Of a stretch of DNA of 64,000 bases, positions 38,902 to 47,651 are shown piece by piece. Numbering within the stretch: position 1 is the stretch's first letter; each line of letters opens with the position of its first letter. Below the pieces are notes generated by a model. That model ran no database searches. It was given only the letters and a program-made list of their open reading frames with translations, and was not told where the DNA came from. Made by a program: the position numbers and the translations under genes. The DNA lies in NCBI GenBank assembly GCA_030603365.1, contig JAUVXV010000014.1, positions 1 through 64,000 on the forward strand, given 5' to 3'. This DNA is from Candidatus Heimdallarchaeota archaeon (GTDB lineage Archaea; Asgardarchaeota; Heimdallarchaeia; Heimdallarchaeales; Heimdallarchaeaceae).

Positions 38902-39645
38902 TCACTTTAGAGCTTCATCTGTTTTACCAGTAAAGATTTTCCAAAGTTTCATCTTTTTAGCTTCGCCAGTTTTGATCTTTCTGAAGTTTTCACCTTGTCT
39001 AGATAGAACAACAAGAGTTATTGCTATCATTGTTGCAAATGCTACCCAACCGAAGATTTCCACAGTTCCAGTTGCATTTAAGTCGTTAATTGGGTTAGCT
39101 ACAGATATCCATTTCCATATGTCTGTTCCCCAGAAGATGAAGATAACACCCATCACAACAAAACTGACTAGATATGTTATCGCACTATACATGATAGCTG
39201 ATCCCAAGATGAAGTAGAGTACTAGCCACATAGGCAAGAAAATAGGATTGAAGAAAATCATTGCTCCCATGGTTGATGCAACACCTTTTCCTCCTGGTCC
39301 CCAAAGCCATATTGGCCAATTGTGTCCGAGAATTGCAGCAGGACCTGCAAAAGCAATAACCCAAGGGTCATTTTGACTAAATGAGGAGATATAAACTGCT
39401 AACCACATAGCAAAGAAACCCTTCATCATATCTAGTATAGCTTCAATTATTCCAACAGTATAGGCTAACTTCTTGGGTTTTTCATGTGCTTGAAATGCAC
39501 GAATGACATTTCTGCCACCAACATTCTTAGATCCAACAGTACGTATGTCGATTTTCAACCACAATTTAACAACAATCCAAGCGATTGGAATTGAACCTAA
39601 GAGATAGCCAAGAGCAGCAGCCCATAGTACATCAATTGTTATCAT
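38902..39645 (-). CDS. plsY: Glycerol-3-phosphate acyltransferase PlsY (acyl-phosphate dependent)
   Basis: GYLLGSIP, DIRTVGSKNVGGRNVIR, LDMMKG and ILGHNWPIW..GGKGVAS. Confidence 0.92.
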   Translation of the reverse strand: MITIDVLWAAALGYLLGSIPIAWIVVKLWLKIDIRTVGSKNVGGRNVIRAFQAHEKPKKLAYTVGIIEAILDMMKGFFAMWLAVYISSFSQNDPWVIAFAGPAAILGHNWPIWLWGPGGKGVASTMGAMIFFNPIFLPMWLVLYFILGSAIMYSAITYLVSFVVMGVIFIFWGTDIWKWISVANPINDLNATGTVEIFGWVAFATMIAITLVVLSRQGENFRKIKTGEAKKMKLWKIFTGKTDEALK

Positions 39646-39775
39646 GTCAGAATCTCTTCTAAAGCTTCTTTAAAAACTTTATTCGACACTTTAAGGCCTT
39701 ATTCTATTCTTTATGAAGAAGATTGTTATTTCGAAATACTTTTTATTCCAAACATTTTCATCTGATTTGAATATA

Positions 39776-41593
39776 ATGGTAAAAGAAATTACTTTAGAGA
39801 AACTTGCTTCTATTCCATCTTTCAGTTTTATTACACCCAATCATAAAAAAGATAAAATTGGGTTCTACTGGAATAAAACTAAGAGACAGGAACTGTACAT
39901 TTTAGATCCTGAAACAATGGAATATGAGCAAATTACTGATGGTGAATTGCCTAAAGCAATTAGAGCTGGTTTTATTTGGTTAAAAGATGATATTCACATA
40001 ACTTACACCCGCGATATAGATGGTGATGAGCAACACAACATCTACCTCTACAACACTGAAACCAAAGAAATCACTCAATTGACTGACACCCCCAAAGCTC
40101 AAGAATATCCAATGAATGTCAGTCCAGACGGTAAAAAACTGCTATTTTCATCCAATCGTCATGACCAGATGAACTTGTTTATAATGGATCTGGAAACTAA
40201 AGAAGTTCAACAATTAACTGCTCATGATAAACCTGTCTGGGGTTACGCAGAATGGAGTGAAAATGGTTGGATATATTATAATTTTAATGACACTTATAAT
40301 ATCAAAAACACCGATATTTGGGCCATTAAAGAAGATGGTAGTGAAATAAAGAAATTAGTAAGTATTTCTGATAATTCAAATGACTTTTTTGGAGTAATTT
40401 CTCCTGATGAGAAATATCTTTCAATTTCTAGTGATGAAATAGGTATATATCAATCTGGTATTTTTAATCTTGAAACAGAAGAAATAACTTGGCTTGGAGA
40501 AGGTAAATATGAGGAAACTGTTAGTAGGTTTTCAGCTGATAGTAAGAAGATAGTTGTTCATCAAAATCATGAATCTGAAATTGTACCTATAATTTATGAT
40601 ATTGAATCAGGTGATGCTAAAAAGCTCCCATTTAAAGGTTTAACCTATTATACTAGATTCTGCTTAGATGACAAATACATGGTTTACACGAGAATGGAAC
40701 CTAAAACCCCAGATGTTCTAGCTCGTTATGATTTGAAGAAAGATTTAGAAGAAATAATCATTCCCCCACAAACAGATTTGACAACTGATGATTTCTATGA
40801 TCAACAGTATATTAAATACCCAAGTTTTGATGGAAAAGAAATTGCTGCAACGGTATATACACCAAGACTCGAACCAGGAAAGAAATATCCGGCATTAGTA
40901 AATGTACATGGTGGTCCAACAGGACAATATTTCCAGATGTTTGATATGTTTTCCCAAGTATTTGCTAATGAAGGATTTGTCATACTAAATCCTAATATCA
41001 GAGGAAGTACAGGTTATGGAAAAGAATTCATGGAATTGAATCTTAAAGACTGGGGAGGAGGAGATGCTAAAGATGTAGTGTGGGCTAAGAAGTATTTAGA
41101 AAAGCTAGACTACGTTGACCCAAACAGAATAGGAGTCTTCGGAGGTTCCTATGGAGGATATATGACATTTATCCAATTAACTAAATATGCAGATGCTGGA
41201 TGGAATGCTGGTTCAGCATGGATAGGGATATCAGATTTAAAAACAATGTTTGACAAATCTAAACCTCATTTCCAATACTTTCTATTACAACATCTGGGTA
41301 ACTATGAAGAAAATAAAGAAGTCTGGAAAAATGGTTCAGCTATGACTTTTGTAGATAACATCAAAGTTCCTATTCAAATGATACATGGTGTAAATGATCC
41401 TCGATGTCCTGTTGAAGAAAGCAGACAGTTTAGAGATAAACTTCTTGAAATGGATTGGAAAGAAGGAACTGAAGGTGAAAAGACATATGAATATGTCGAA
41501 TTTGCTGATGAAGGTCATGGTGCATATTCTGATATAGGTATGAGAATTAGAACTTTCAAGCTATTTATTGACTTTTTCAAAAGAAGACTTTAG
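39776..41593 (+). CDS. S9 family peptidase
   Basis: Propeller repeats, VHGGP, PNIRGSTGYG, GGSYGG, NDPRCP and DEGHG. ATG at 39776 preferred. Confidence 0.95.
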   Translation: MVKEITLEKLASIPSFSFITPNHKKDKIGFYWNKTKRQELYILDPETMEYEQITDGELPKAIRAGFIWLKDDIHITYTRDIDGDEQHNIYLYNTETKEITQLTDTPKAQEYPMNVSPDGKKLLFSSNRHDQMNLFIMDLETKEVQQLTAHDKPVWGYAEWSENGWIYYNFNDTYNIKNTDIWAIKEDGSEIKKLVSISDNSNDFFGVISPDEKYLSISSDEIGIYQSGIFNLETEEITWLGEGKYEETVSRFSADSKKIVVHQNHESEIVPIIYDIESGDAKKLPFKGLTYYTRFCLDDKYMVYTRMEPKTPDVLARYDLKKDLEEIIIPPQTDLTTDDFYDQQYIKYPSFDGKEIAATVYTPRLEPGKKYPALVNVHGGPTGQYFQMFDMFSQVFANEGFVILNPNIRGSTGYGKEFMELNLKDWGGGDAKDVVWAKKYLEKLDYVDPNRIGVFGGSYGGYMTFIQLTKYADAGWNAGSAWIGISDLKTMFDKSKPHFQYFLLQHLGNYEENKEVWKNGSAMTFVDNIKVPIQMIHGVNDPRCPVEESRQFRDKLLEMDWKEGTEGEKTYEYVEFADEGHGAYSDIGMRIRTFKLFIDFFKRRL

Positions 41594-41615
41594 AGTCTTT
41601 TTTTCCTTTTTCTGT
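41584..41615 (+). terminator. Hairpin plus T-tract at the end of the S9 peptidase gene
   Basis: AAGACT-TTAG-AGTCTT followed by TTTTTCCTTTTTCT. Confidence 0.5.
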
Positions 41616-41665
41616 TTTTAATCATCATATTAAAATACACTTCTGATTAGCTTGCTTGAATTAGA

Positions 41666-42847
41666 ATGATTAGAGAGTTCAAAGATTCCAAGGACTTAGA
41701 ACAAGCTGTAAAGTTAGCCTCGTTGTGCTTCCATGAACCTGCTAAAGAGATGAAAAAATTCTTCTCTGAAACTCAGGAATTAGACATGTTAGGTTCATAT
41801 GAGGAAGAAACACTCCATGCAGCAGCTGGTTCTCATAAATTTCAGATATTTGTAAGAGAGCAGCTATTTGATTGTGCGGGAGTAGCTTATGTTATGACAC
41901 ATCCAATCTATCGAAGAAAAGGTCATGTTAAACAATTAACGGATAAGATTATGTTGGATAGGAAAAAACAAGGTTATCCTCTTGCAGCTCTTTGGCCATT
42001 TGAACATAGTTTTTATCAGAAATTTGGTTTTGAAAGCTGTGAGAAAACAATAACATTCAAATTCAAACCCAGTGATATCAAATCAGATTTTAAGATCGCT
42101 GAAAACATCTCAATCGAAGATGTAACAGAAAAAAATGATTTTCTTCCTCTAATCCAAATAGCAAAAAATGCTCAAAATAAGTATACAAGAGTAATTGGGG
42201 ATGTTGATGCTTGGTTAGTAAGAGGGAAGCTCCAAGGTTTCAAGATCTATTTGATTGAGCGTGATGACAAACCTGTAGCATATATTTCTTTCAAGTTTAA
42301 AAAAGTCAAAGAATGGGTTCATGAGATGAATATAATGGACTTCACTTTTGTTGATACAAAAGCCAAACACACTCTGTTTGCATTTTTACGTAATTTCGAA
42401 GCAGATATTAGCAACATATTCATCAACTTACCTTATCAAGAGGAAGTTGAAAGCTATCTTAATTCTATTAAAGATGAACATAAATTTAACCAATGGCCTG
42501 CGATGCTAAGAATTCTTGATCTAAAGCAATGTTTTGAGCAGCTGAATTATCCCATCAAAATAGATATTCAAGTTTATTTCAAAGTTGAGGACAAAATCAT
42601 ATCTGAAAATACAGGAATTTGGTTGTTAGATATCAAAGATGGAAAATGTAATGCTTCGAAATTGATAGATCAAGAAGTGGAACTAGACAAAATTTTGGAA
42701 TTGACAATAAACCAGTTAGCCCAATTATTCATAGGTCATTCATCTGTAAGAAAACTCTTGGAACACAAGAATCCTGATATCCCAAAAGAATGGTTATTGG
42801 AAGATTTGTTACCAGAAAAACAAACAGCTTTCATGCTCTGGTTCTAA
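41666..42847 (+). CDS. eis: Eis-family GNAT N-acetyltransferase with C-terminal SCP2 domain
   Basis: GVAYVMTHPIYRRKGH, ALWPF..FYQKFGF, MLRILD, VEDKII.ENTG.W and LTINQLAQLFIG; ends in WF. Confidence 0.88.
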   Translation: MIREFKDSKDLEQAVKLASLCFHEPAKEMKKFFSETQELDMLGSYEEETLHAAAGSHKFQIFVREQLFDCAGVAYVMTHPIYRRKGHVKQLTDKIMLDRKKQGYPLAALWPFEHSFYQKFGFESCEKTITFKFKPSDIKSDFKIAENISIEDVTEKNDFLPLIQIAKNAQNKYTRVIGDVDAWLVRGKLQGFKIYLIERDDKPVAYISFKFKKVKEWVHEMNIMDFTFVDTKAKHTLFAFLRNFEADISNIFINLPYQEEVESYLNSIKDEHKFNQWPAMLRILDLKQCFEQLNYPIKIDIQVYFKVEDKIISENTGIWLLDIKDGKCNASKLIDQEVELDKILELTINQLAQLFIGHSSVRKLLEHKNPDIPKEWLLEDLLPEKQTAFMLWF

Positions 42848-42888
42848 ATTAAATAAATATTTAAATAAAGAAATTCTAACAACAAACC

Positions 42889-43326
42889 ATGAGCGATCGA
42901 GAAGCTGAAGAAATAGAGAAAATACTTATTCCATTTGCTCTTCAAAGATTTGATTTTGATAACTATACTTCAAATTTTCCTATGAGTAAAATGGCAATGA
43001 ACATGGCTAAGAAAATGATGGGTAATTGGTTAAATGAATACGTTACCTGGTTAGTTAGAGCTTTCAGTAGATGTTTACTAAATGTCACAGATGAAATATA
43101 TTTGAAAAATTTAGGAGCTGTCGTAGCAGCTGAAGCAAATTATATGTCAGGTATCGGACCTATGGGTCCATTTGAGAGACAGTGGGTACAAGGTGGTGGA
43201 ACCAATAGATCTGGTACTGAAGCTTTAGTCGAATCTGAAATACATGTGTGGATGTTACACTTGCAAGAGCAGAACAAATTACCAGGAATCTATGAGAGAT
43301 TCACAGGAAGATACTTCATCAAGTGA
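42889..43326 (+). CDS. Hypothetical protein (145 aa); its 3' end is the island target site
   Basis: Intact ORF. The last 28 codons plus the stop are duplicated at 47543-47629. Confidence 0.8.
   Translation: MSDREAEEIEKILIPFALQRFDFDNYTSNFPMSKMAMNMAKKMMGNWLNEYVTWLVRAFSRCLLNVTDEIYLKNLGAVVAAEANYMSGIGPMGPFERQWVQGGGTNRSGTEALVESEIHVWMLHLQEQNKLPGIYERFTGRYFIK
43240..43326 (+). repeat. Direct repeat copy 1 (attL-like, 87 bp)
   Basis: 73/87 nt identical to 47543-47629. Confidence 0.92.
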
Positions 43327-43599
43327 TTTATTATTATCGACTTATCTTCCCATTTTTCATTTTTTTATGATCCCATTAAAGATTAAGGTTTTTGAGGAAA
43401 GTACCCCTATAATTTTCTGTATCAAACAAAATTCCTTGGAATTCGGAAATTCTCGAAGAAATAACACAATTCTTTTTAAATCCAATATCAAAATTATATA
43501 CATTATTGGAAGTTTTGGGGAAGGTAAGAGAACTTGGAAAAAGAAAGAGAGTGAAGAGATACAAACGAAACTGACTGATTTTTCAAAAACGTAGAACTT

Positions 43600-44154
43600 T
43601 CAAGAGAGAAGCGAAGAAAACTGAACTACCAGATACAAAATATAAAATATTATTGTTCCAATACATGAAAGAATTGATAAAGCAACTATGATTCGAACAT
43701 ATCTCTTTTTCATGCATTCTTTATCTCTAGCTATCCTGAAAATCAAAAAAAAAGAAGAAATACCGAATAGACACAGATAAAATGACTTGCTTCGCACTGT
43801 AAGATAATACAGTTTAAACCAGAAAACATCCCAGTTAAATGATCCCATGGGTATCTCAATAATAGGTAGTTCTATGCGACCTAAATCGATAAATAGAGCT
43901 ATTAGAAAAGCCAATGGTAAGAGGTAAAAAAACCATCCTCCACCTACTGGGAGACATGAATCAAAATGATGATGGACAGAGTTTTGTTCTTCCAAATCAA
44001 AACCATCCTCCATTAATTCTTGTTGGATTTCAACAATTTCTAACTTATCCCATATCTCTTCTTCTAACTCTAGTTCTTTTTCCCTTTCTAACTCATCCAT
44101 CTGAATATCTTCTATTTCCTCATAAAACAAGTCTGAATAGGACAAACTAATCAC
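43600..44154 (-). CDS. Hypothetical membrane protein (acidic N-terminus, ~3 TM); start uncertain
   Basis: Glu/Asp-rich N-terminus followed by hydrophobic helices. Confidence 0.6.
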   Translation of the reverse strand: MISLSYSDLFYEEIEDIQMDELEREKELELEEEIWDKLEIVEIQQELMEDGFDLEEQNSVHHHFDSCLPVGGGWFFYLLPLAFLIALFIDLGRIELPIIEIPMGSFNWDVFWFKLYYLTVRSKSFYLCLFGISSFFLIFRIARDKECMKKRYVRIIVALSILSCIGTIIFYILYLVVQFSSLLS

Positions 44155-44184
44155 AAAATATACTAAATCTCAATATTAAAACCC

Positions 44185-44214
44185 AAAGAAAAACTCTAGG
44201 ATTTCTCCTAGAGT
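44185..44214 (-). terminator. Perfect 9-bp hairpin followed by a U-tract on the minus strand
   Basis: ACTCTAGGA-TTTC-TCCTAGAGT (44193-44214). The minus strand continues TTTTCTTT. Confidence 0.5.
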
Positions 44215-44632
44215 AACTCGGAAGTGAACAGTACTTATGTCGAAAGAACTGTCACGAATGAACACTCTGAAAGAGATAAATGAGTCTATTGGGAATGTGA
44301 TATTTTTCGGTATTTGCGTAAATTACAAGGATGAATTCGAATTATTCTCCACTTCTCTATAAACTATTTTCTTGATTAGTCTAGAAGTAATGGAGCTAGC
44401 TCAATTCTTTAATCGTTTCATTGAGAGATGATCGAAATGAAGAACATCACTAGCTCCTAACGGTTCTACCAAGTACTTATATTAAAATCTTATTTCTAAT
44501 ATTAAACATCTCATAGCAATTATTTTCAAATATCTTCAAGCTTGGCAATATATATTGTAGTTCTTTTTGTAGTAATTTCTTATTGTATACTTGGCTACAA
44601 TTAGTAGTACAATAATTGAGAGATGTTACGAA

Positions 44633-46204
44633 ATGAAAAGTAAAAAAATATTAAGTCTAATAGTTACAACTATTGTTGTTTTCTCACTAGCAGGGATGAT
44701 TCCCACTATGTTTGTACAGGGAGTTTCAGGCAATGATGTAACGATAAACGATCCAACAGGAACTACAGAAGTTCTGTTCTATAACAAACTAACAGTTAAT
44801 TTCACTGTTACCAAAGGAGATCCTCCATGGATTTATACTGGTACTACCATTTATCTTGATAACTTAGCTGTTGATTCTACATCTGAGGGTCTAGGTTCTC
44901 CCTTTGTAAAGACCTACTATCCAGAAGGATACGCAGGAGCTCACTTTGTTAGAGTTGAAGCTCACTTTGTTAAAGGTTGGCAAGATACCGAAGATAAATC
45001 AGATACTGCAGGTTACATTGTTAAGAATGCCAACGACACAACAGATCTGGAGGATTTGCGAATCGACAAACTTCATGACTATGAAGTTGATAAGGGATAT
45101 TTAGATGGTTCAGGAGTGACAATATGTATTTTAGATGATATTCTAGGATGTCACGAAAATTATAGTGATTTCCATAAATCATTGTATAGATCCTGTTACA
45201 ATGATTTATATCAAGACCCCGACAGAAAATATATTGATATTCAATATCTCAAAGAGTTTGATGGAGATTTTTATGAAGATTGGAATGAAACAACCGATAC
45301 TAACCAAGAGAAATGGGAAGAAATCTTCGAGGAAGGAAAAGATGATTACCAATTTGATACGGATGTACATGGTACTTATTGTTTAGCTACACTTCGACAA
45401 ATAGCTCCTGCAGCTACTTACATATTCTTGGAAACTCTGGGTAGTCAGCAAAAAGCTGAAGATGCGATCATATGGTTACAAGAAGATAGGAATGATTCAT
45501 CTTATGATTACAAAGCCCCTTATGATTTTTTTGAAATTGACATAATATCTATGTCATGGACAAATACATATCCATATATGGATTTCGAAGAGCAATTTGA
45601 AGTTTTATCTGAAGCTGGTGTTGTTTCAGTAGGAGCTGCTGGTCAGTATGGTTTAGAAGGAACAGAAGAAGGTGCTATTTTCTATTATGATTATCTAGCT
45701 AAATTTCCATGTTCCTATGATTCTGTCATTGGAGTAACTGGTGTGACAGATGGGACTACCATTCTTGGATCTGGTGATAGATGGGAAAGAGATACAAGAG
45801 CTAATACAGGTTGGGGTGTTGAAATTGCAGCACTTTTCATGGGAACAATATTGGATTGGTCTCCTGTTCCTGATTATCCTGAATTTGGAGGTACCAGTAA
45901 TTCTTGTCCTCTTGTTGCTGGCATTCTAGCACTTCTTGAACAATATCAGAATAATTACAAAACAAATACTGATTTAAATGTTACATTGATACAAACCCTC
46001 TTTGAAAAAACTGGTGATGAACCAGGAAGTCCCCCAAGCTCCAACACAACAGAAATTGGTGGTTATATTGACTGGATTAATGATAATAATACTTACTATC
46101 TTGATTTTCCATACCATGATAATGCGACTTATGCAATTTATGACTGTGGTTGGGGAATTATAGATGGATATGAGATGTTCAAATACATTAAACTGTATTA
46201 TTAA
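44633..46204 (+). CDS. Secreted S8 (subtilisin-like) serine peptidase
   Basis: Signal peptide; triad motifs GSGVTICILDD, HGTYC and GGTSNSCPLVAG; IISMSW and GWGIID. The oxyanion position reads AAGQ rather than AAGN. Confidence 0.9.
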   Translation: MKSKKILSLIVTTIVVFSLAGMIPTMFVQGVSGNDVTINDPTGTTEVLFYNKLTVNFTVTKGDPPWIYTGTTIYLDNLAVDSTSEGLGSPFVKTYYPEGYAGAHFVRVEAHFVKGWQDTEDKSDTAGYIVKNANDTTDLEDLRIDKLHDYEVDKGYLDGSGVTICILDDILGCHENYSDFHKSLYRSCYNDLYQDPDRKYIDIQYLKEFDGDFYEDWNETTDTNQEKWEEIFEEGKDDYQFDTDVHGTYCLATLRQIAPAATYIFLETLGSQQKAEDAIIWLQEDRNDSSYDYKAPYDFFEIDIISMSWTNTYPYMDFEEQFEVLSEAGVVSVGAAGQYGLEGTEEGAIFYYDYLAKFPCSYDSVIGVTGVTDGTTILGSGDRWERDTRANTGWGVEIAALFMGTILDWSPVPDYPEFGGTSNSCPLVAGILALLEQYQNNYKTNTDLNVTLIQTLFEKTGDEPGSPPSSNTTEIGGYIDWINDNNTYYLDFPYHDNATYAIYDCGWGIIDGYEMFKYIKLYY

Positions 46205-46274
46205 CTATCATCTTCCATTTCTTCTTTTTTTAGATTTAAACCTGAAAAATTCATTTGAGAATAACAGAACTTGG

Positions 46275-46985
46275 TTAGAATTTTCTTCTAATCCTCACTG
46301 TTTTCACATCAATAACTTTTTTTCTATGCTTAAGTTTCCTAATTAAAGCAGAAAATAATAGAAGTGAAATACCAATATAAGTTATTGAAAGATTTGTTTG
46401 ATCAAATGGTGTTGTTAGATCTGATTTTGTTAAGACAACTTCTGATTCATTGTTGAATTCATAGAAATAAGTTACACTGCTCTCTGTTACATAGATAATC
46501 ATCTTTTCAGAAACTACCGGTGAATAAGCGTAGCTACAATTGGTAAAATCATACCATATCTCATATTCTCCAAAAGGCAATTGCTCGCTTTCATAGCTTA
46601 ATACCACCATCGTAAAGTAATGAGTTCTATTCACTATACCAGGTTGAAAAGTATAATTGTGTGGAATTGTTCCCTCAATCATTACTGATAACATAATCTC
46701 CAAACTCTTGTTTTCTAGATTCGTTCTTAAATGAGGATATGGAACAGGACTGCAAACATAGGTAATATTTATACCTGATTGCGTAGGATTCTCAATCTGA
46801 AGATTCATAAGGAATTCGAATGATGTATAAAGTCCCTCATCCGATATCCTAATTGAGGGAGGGTACTCCGTATCCACAATTCTAACAATCAAATACTCTT
46901 CCTCTGAAATAGCTTGGATAGAACGTGATAAGATAAATGAAGTGAATAATAACATTAGCATCAACCATTTCAACTTACGAACCAT
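46275..46985 (-). CDS. Hypothetical surface protein (signal peptide, C-terminal TM plus basic tail)
   Basis: MVRKLKWLMLMLLF signal, Ig-like beta-rich body, then TM and RKLKHRKK. Confidence 0.78.
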   Translation of the reverse strand: MVRKLKWLMLMLLFTSFILSRSIQAISEEEYLIVRIVDTEYPPSIRISDEGLYTSFEFLMNLQIENPTQSGINITYVCSPVPYPHLRTNLENKSLEIMLSVMIEGTIPHNYTFQPGIVNRTHYFTMVVLSYESEQLPFGEYEIWYDFTNCSYAYSPVVSEKMIIYVTESSVTYFYEFNNESEVVLTKSDLTTPFDQTNLSITYIGISLLLFSALIRKLKHRKKVIDVKTVRIRRKF

Positions 46986-47218
46986 TCTTATGTCTAACTC
47001 CTATTCCTAAGATTTTGATAATAAAATGCTCATTCCTATCTACATCTCAATTATATATACTGACTTTACTATATAAAAACAATGACAAAATTTAATGTAA
47101 ATCTTGTTTCTTCAACAATTTCTTTTTTCCTCATTATGTTTATATACTTTCTTTTCCTTAAATTTTCGGAACTACCTCAACAATTGATTGCAGTCTTTCA
47201 GTTGCAGCCTTTCCTCTT

Positions 47219-47629
47219 TTGTTCGATAGTTTCATAGAAATGCGTACATCACTCTACAATAAACTTACACAAACCAAACATTCTCAACAAAAGAAGAAAC
47301 TACCAAAAGAGAAAACAATCCTACCTTCCACTAAAAAACAAGATACTGTAATCAAGGAGCAACGCTTCAAACCTGATGATGTTTGTAAAACCTACTGTTC
47401 TATAAATAATAATGATAAAGAATGTTCAAGGATTAGAAAAGATGCCAGAATTGCGAGTTCTACATTACTAAAGAGATATTTAAATTATGAAATTGAACAA
47501 GATATCTTGGGTGAATTGGGTACTTCTTTAGAAGAATTGTTGATACATGTTTGGATGCTACACTTGCATGAGCAAAATAAGTTGCCAGGAATCTATGAGA
47601 GATTTACAGGAAGATATTTTGTTAAGTAG
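47219..47629 (+). pseudogene. Decayed tyrosine-integrase C-terminal fragment fused in frame to the duplicated host-gene 3' end
   Basis: FKPDDVCKTYCS becomes PHDVRKTYCS with two single-base reversions (GAT to CAT, TGT to CGT). STLLKRY places a Tyr 34 residues after the His position, followed by IHVWMLHLHEQNKLPGIYERFTGRYFVK*. Confidence 0.6.
47543..47629 (+). repeat. Direct repeat copy 2 (attR-like, 87 bp)
   Basis: 73/87 nt identical to 43240-43326. Confidence 0.92.
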
Positions 47630-47651
47630 GCTAGAGAATTAAGCTTTCAGC

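Larger units (their letters stand above)
43240..47629. mobile_element. Decayed integrative element/genomic island (~4.4 kb) inserted in the 3' end of a protein-coding gene
   Basis: Flanking 87-bp direct repeats, a tyrosine-recombinase-like remnant abutting the right repeat, lower coding density and cargo of secreted proteins. Confidence 0.72.

Noticed and set aside
43244-43594. ORFs 43244-43594 (+) and 43376-43564 (-)
   Set aside because: They overlap a real gene or each other, have no motifs, and are probably decayed island DNA.
44190-44470. Integron attC sites or cassette array
   Set aside because: Flanking genes are divergent rather than co-oriented, no clear RYYYAAC/GTTRRRY box pair was seen, and there is no IntI.
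43240-47629. 87-bp repeat pair as a DGR template/variable repeat
   Set aside because: The differences are not confined to adenines of one copy (many are C/T third-position changes), and no reverse transcriptase is present.
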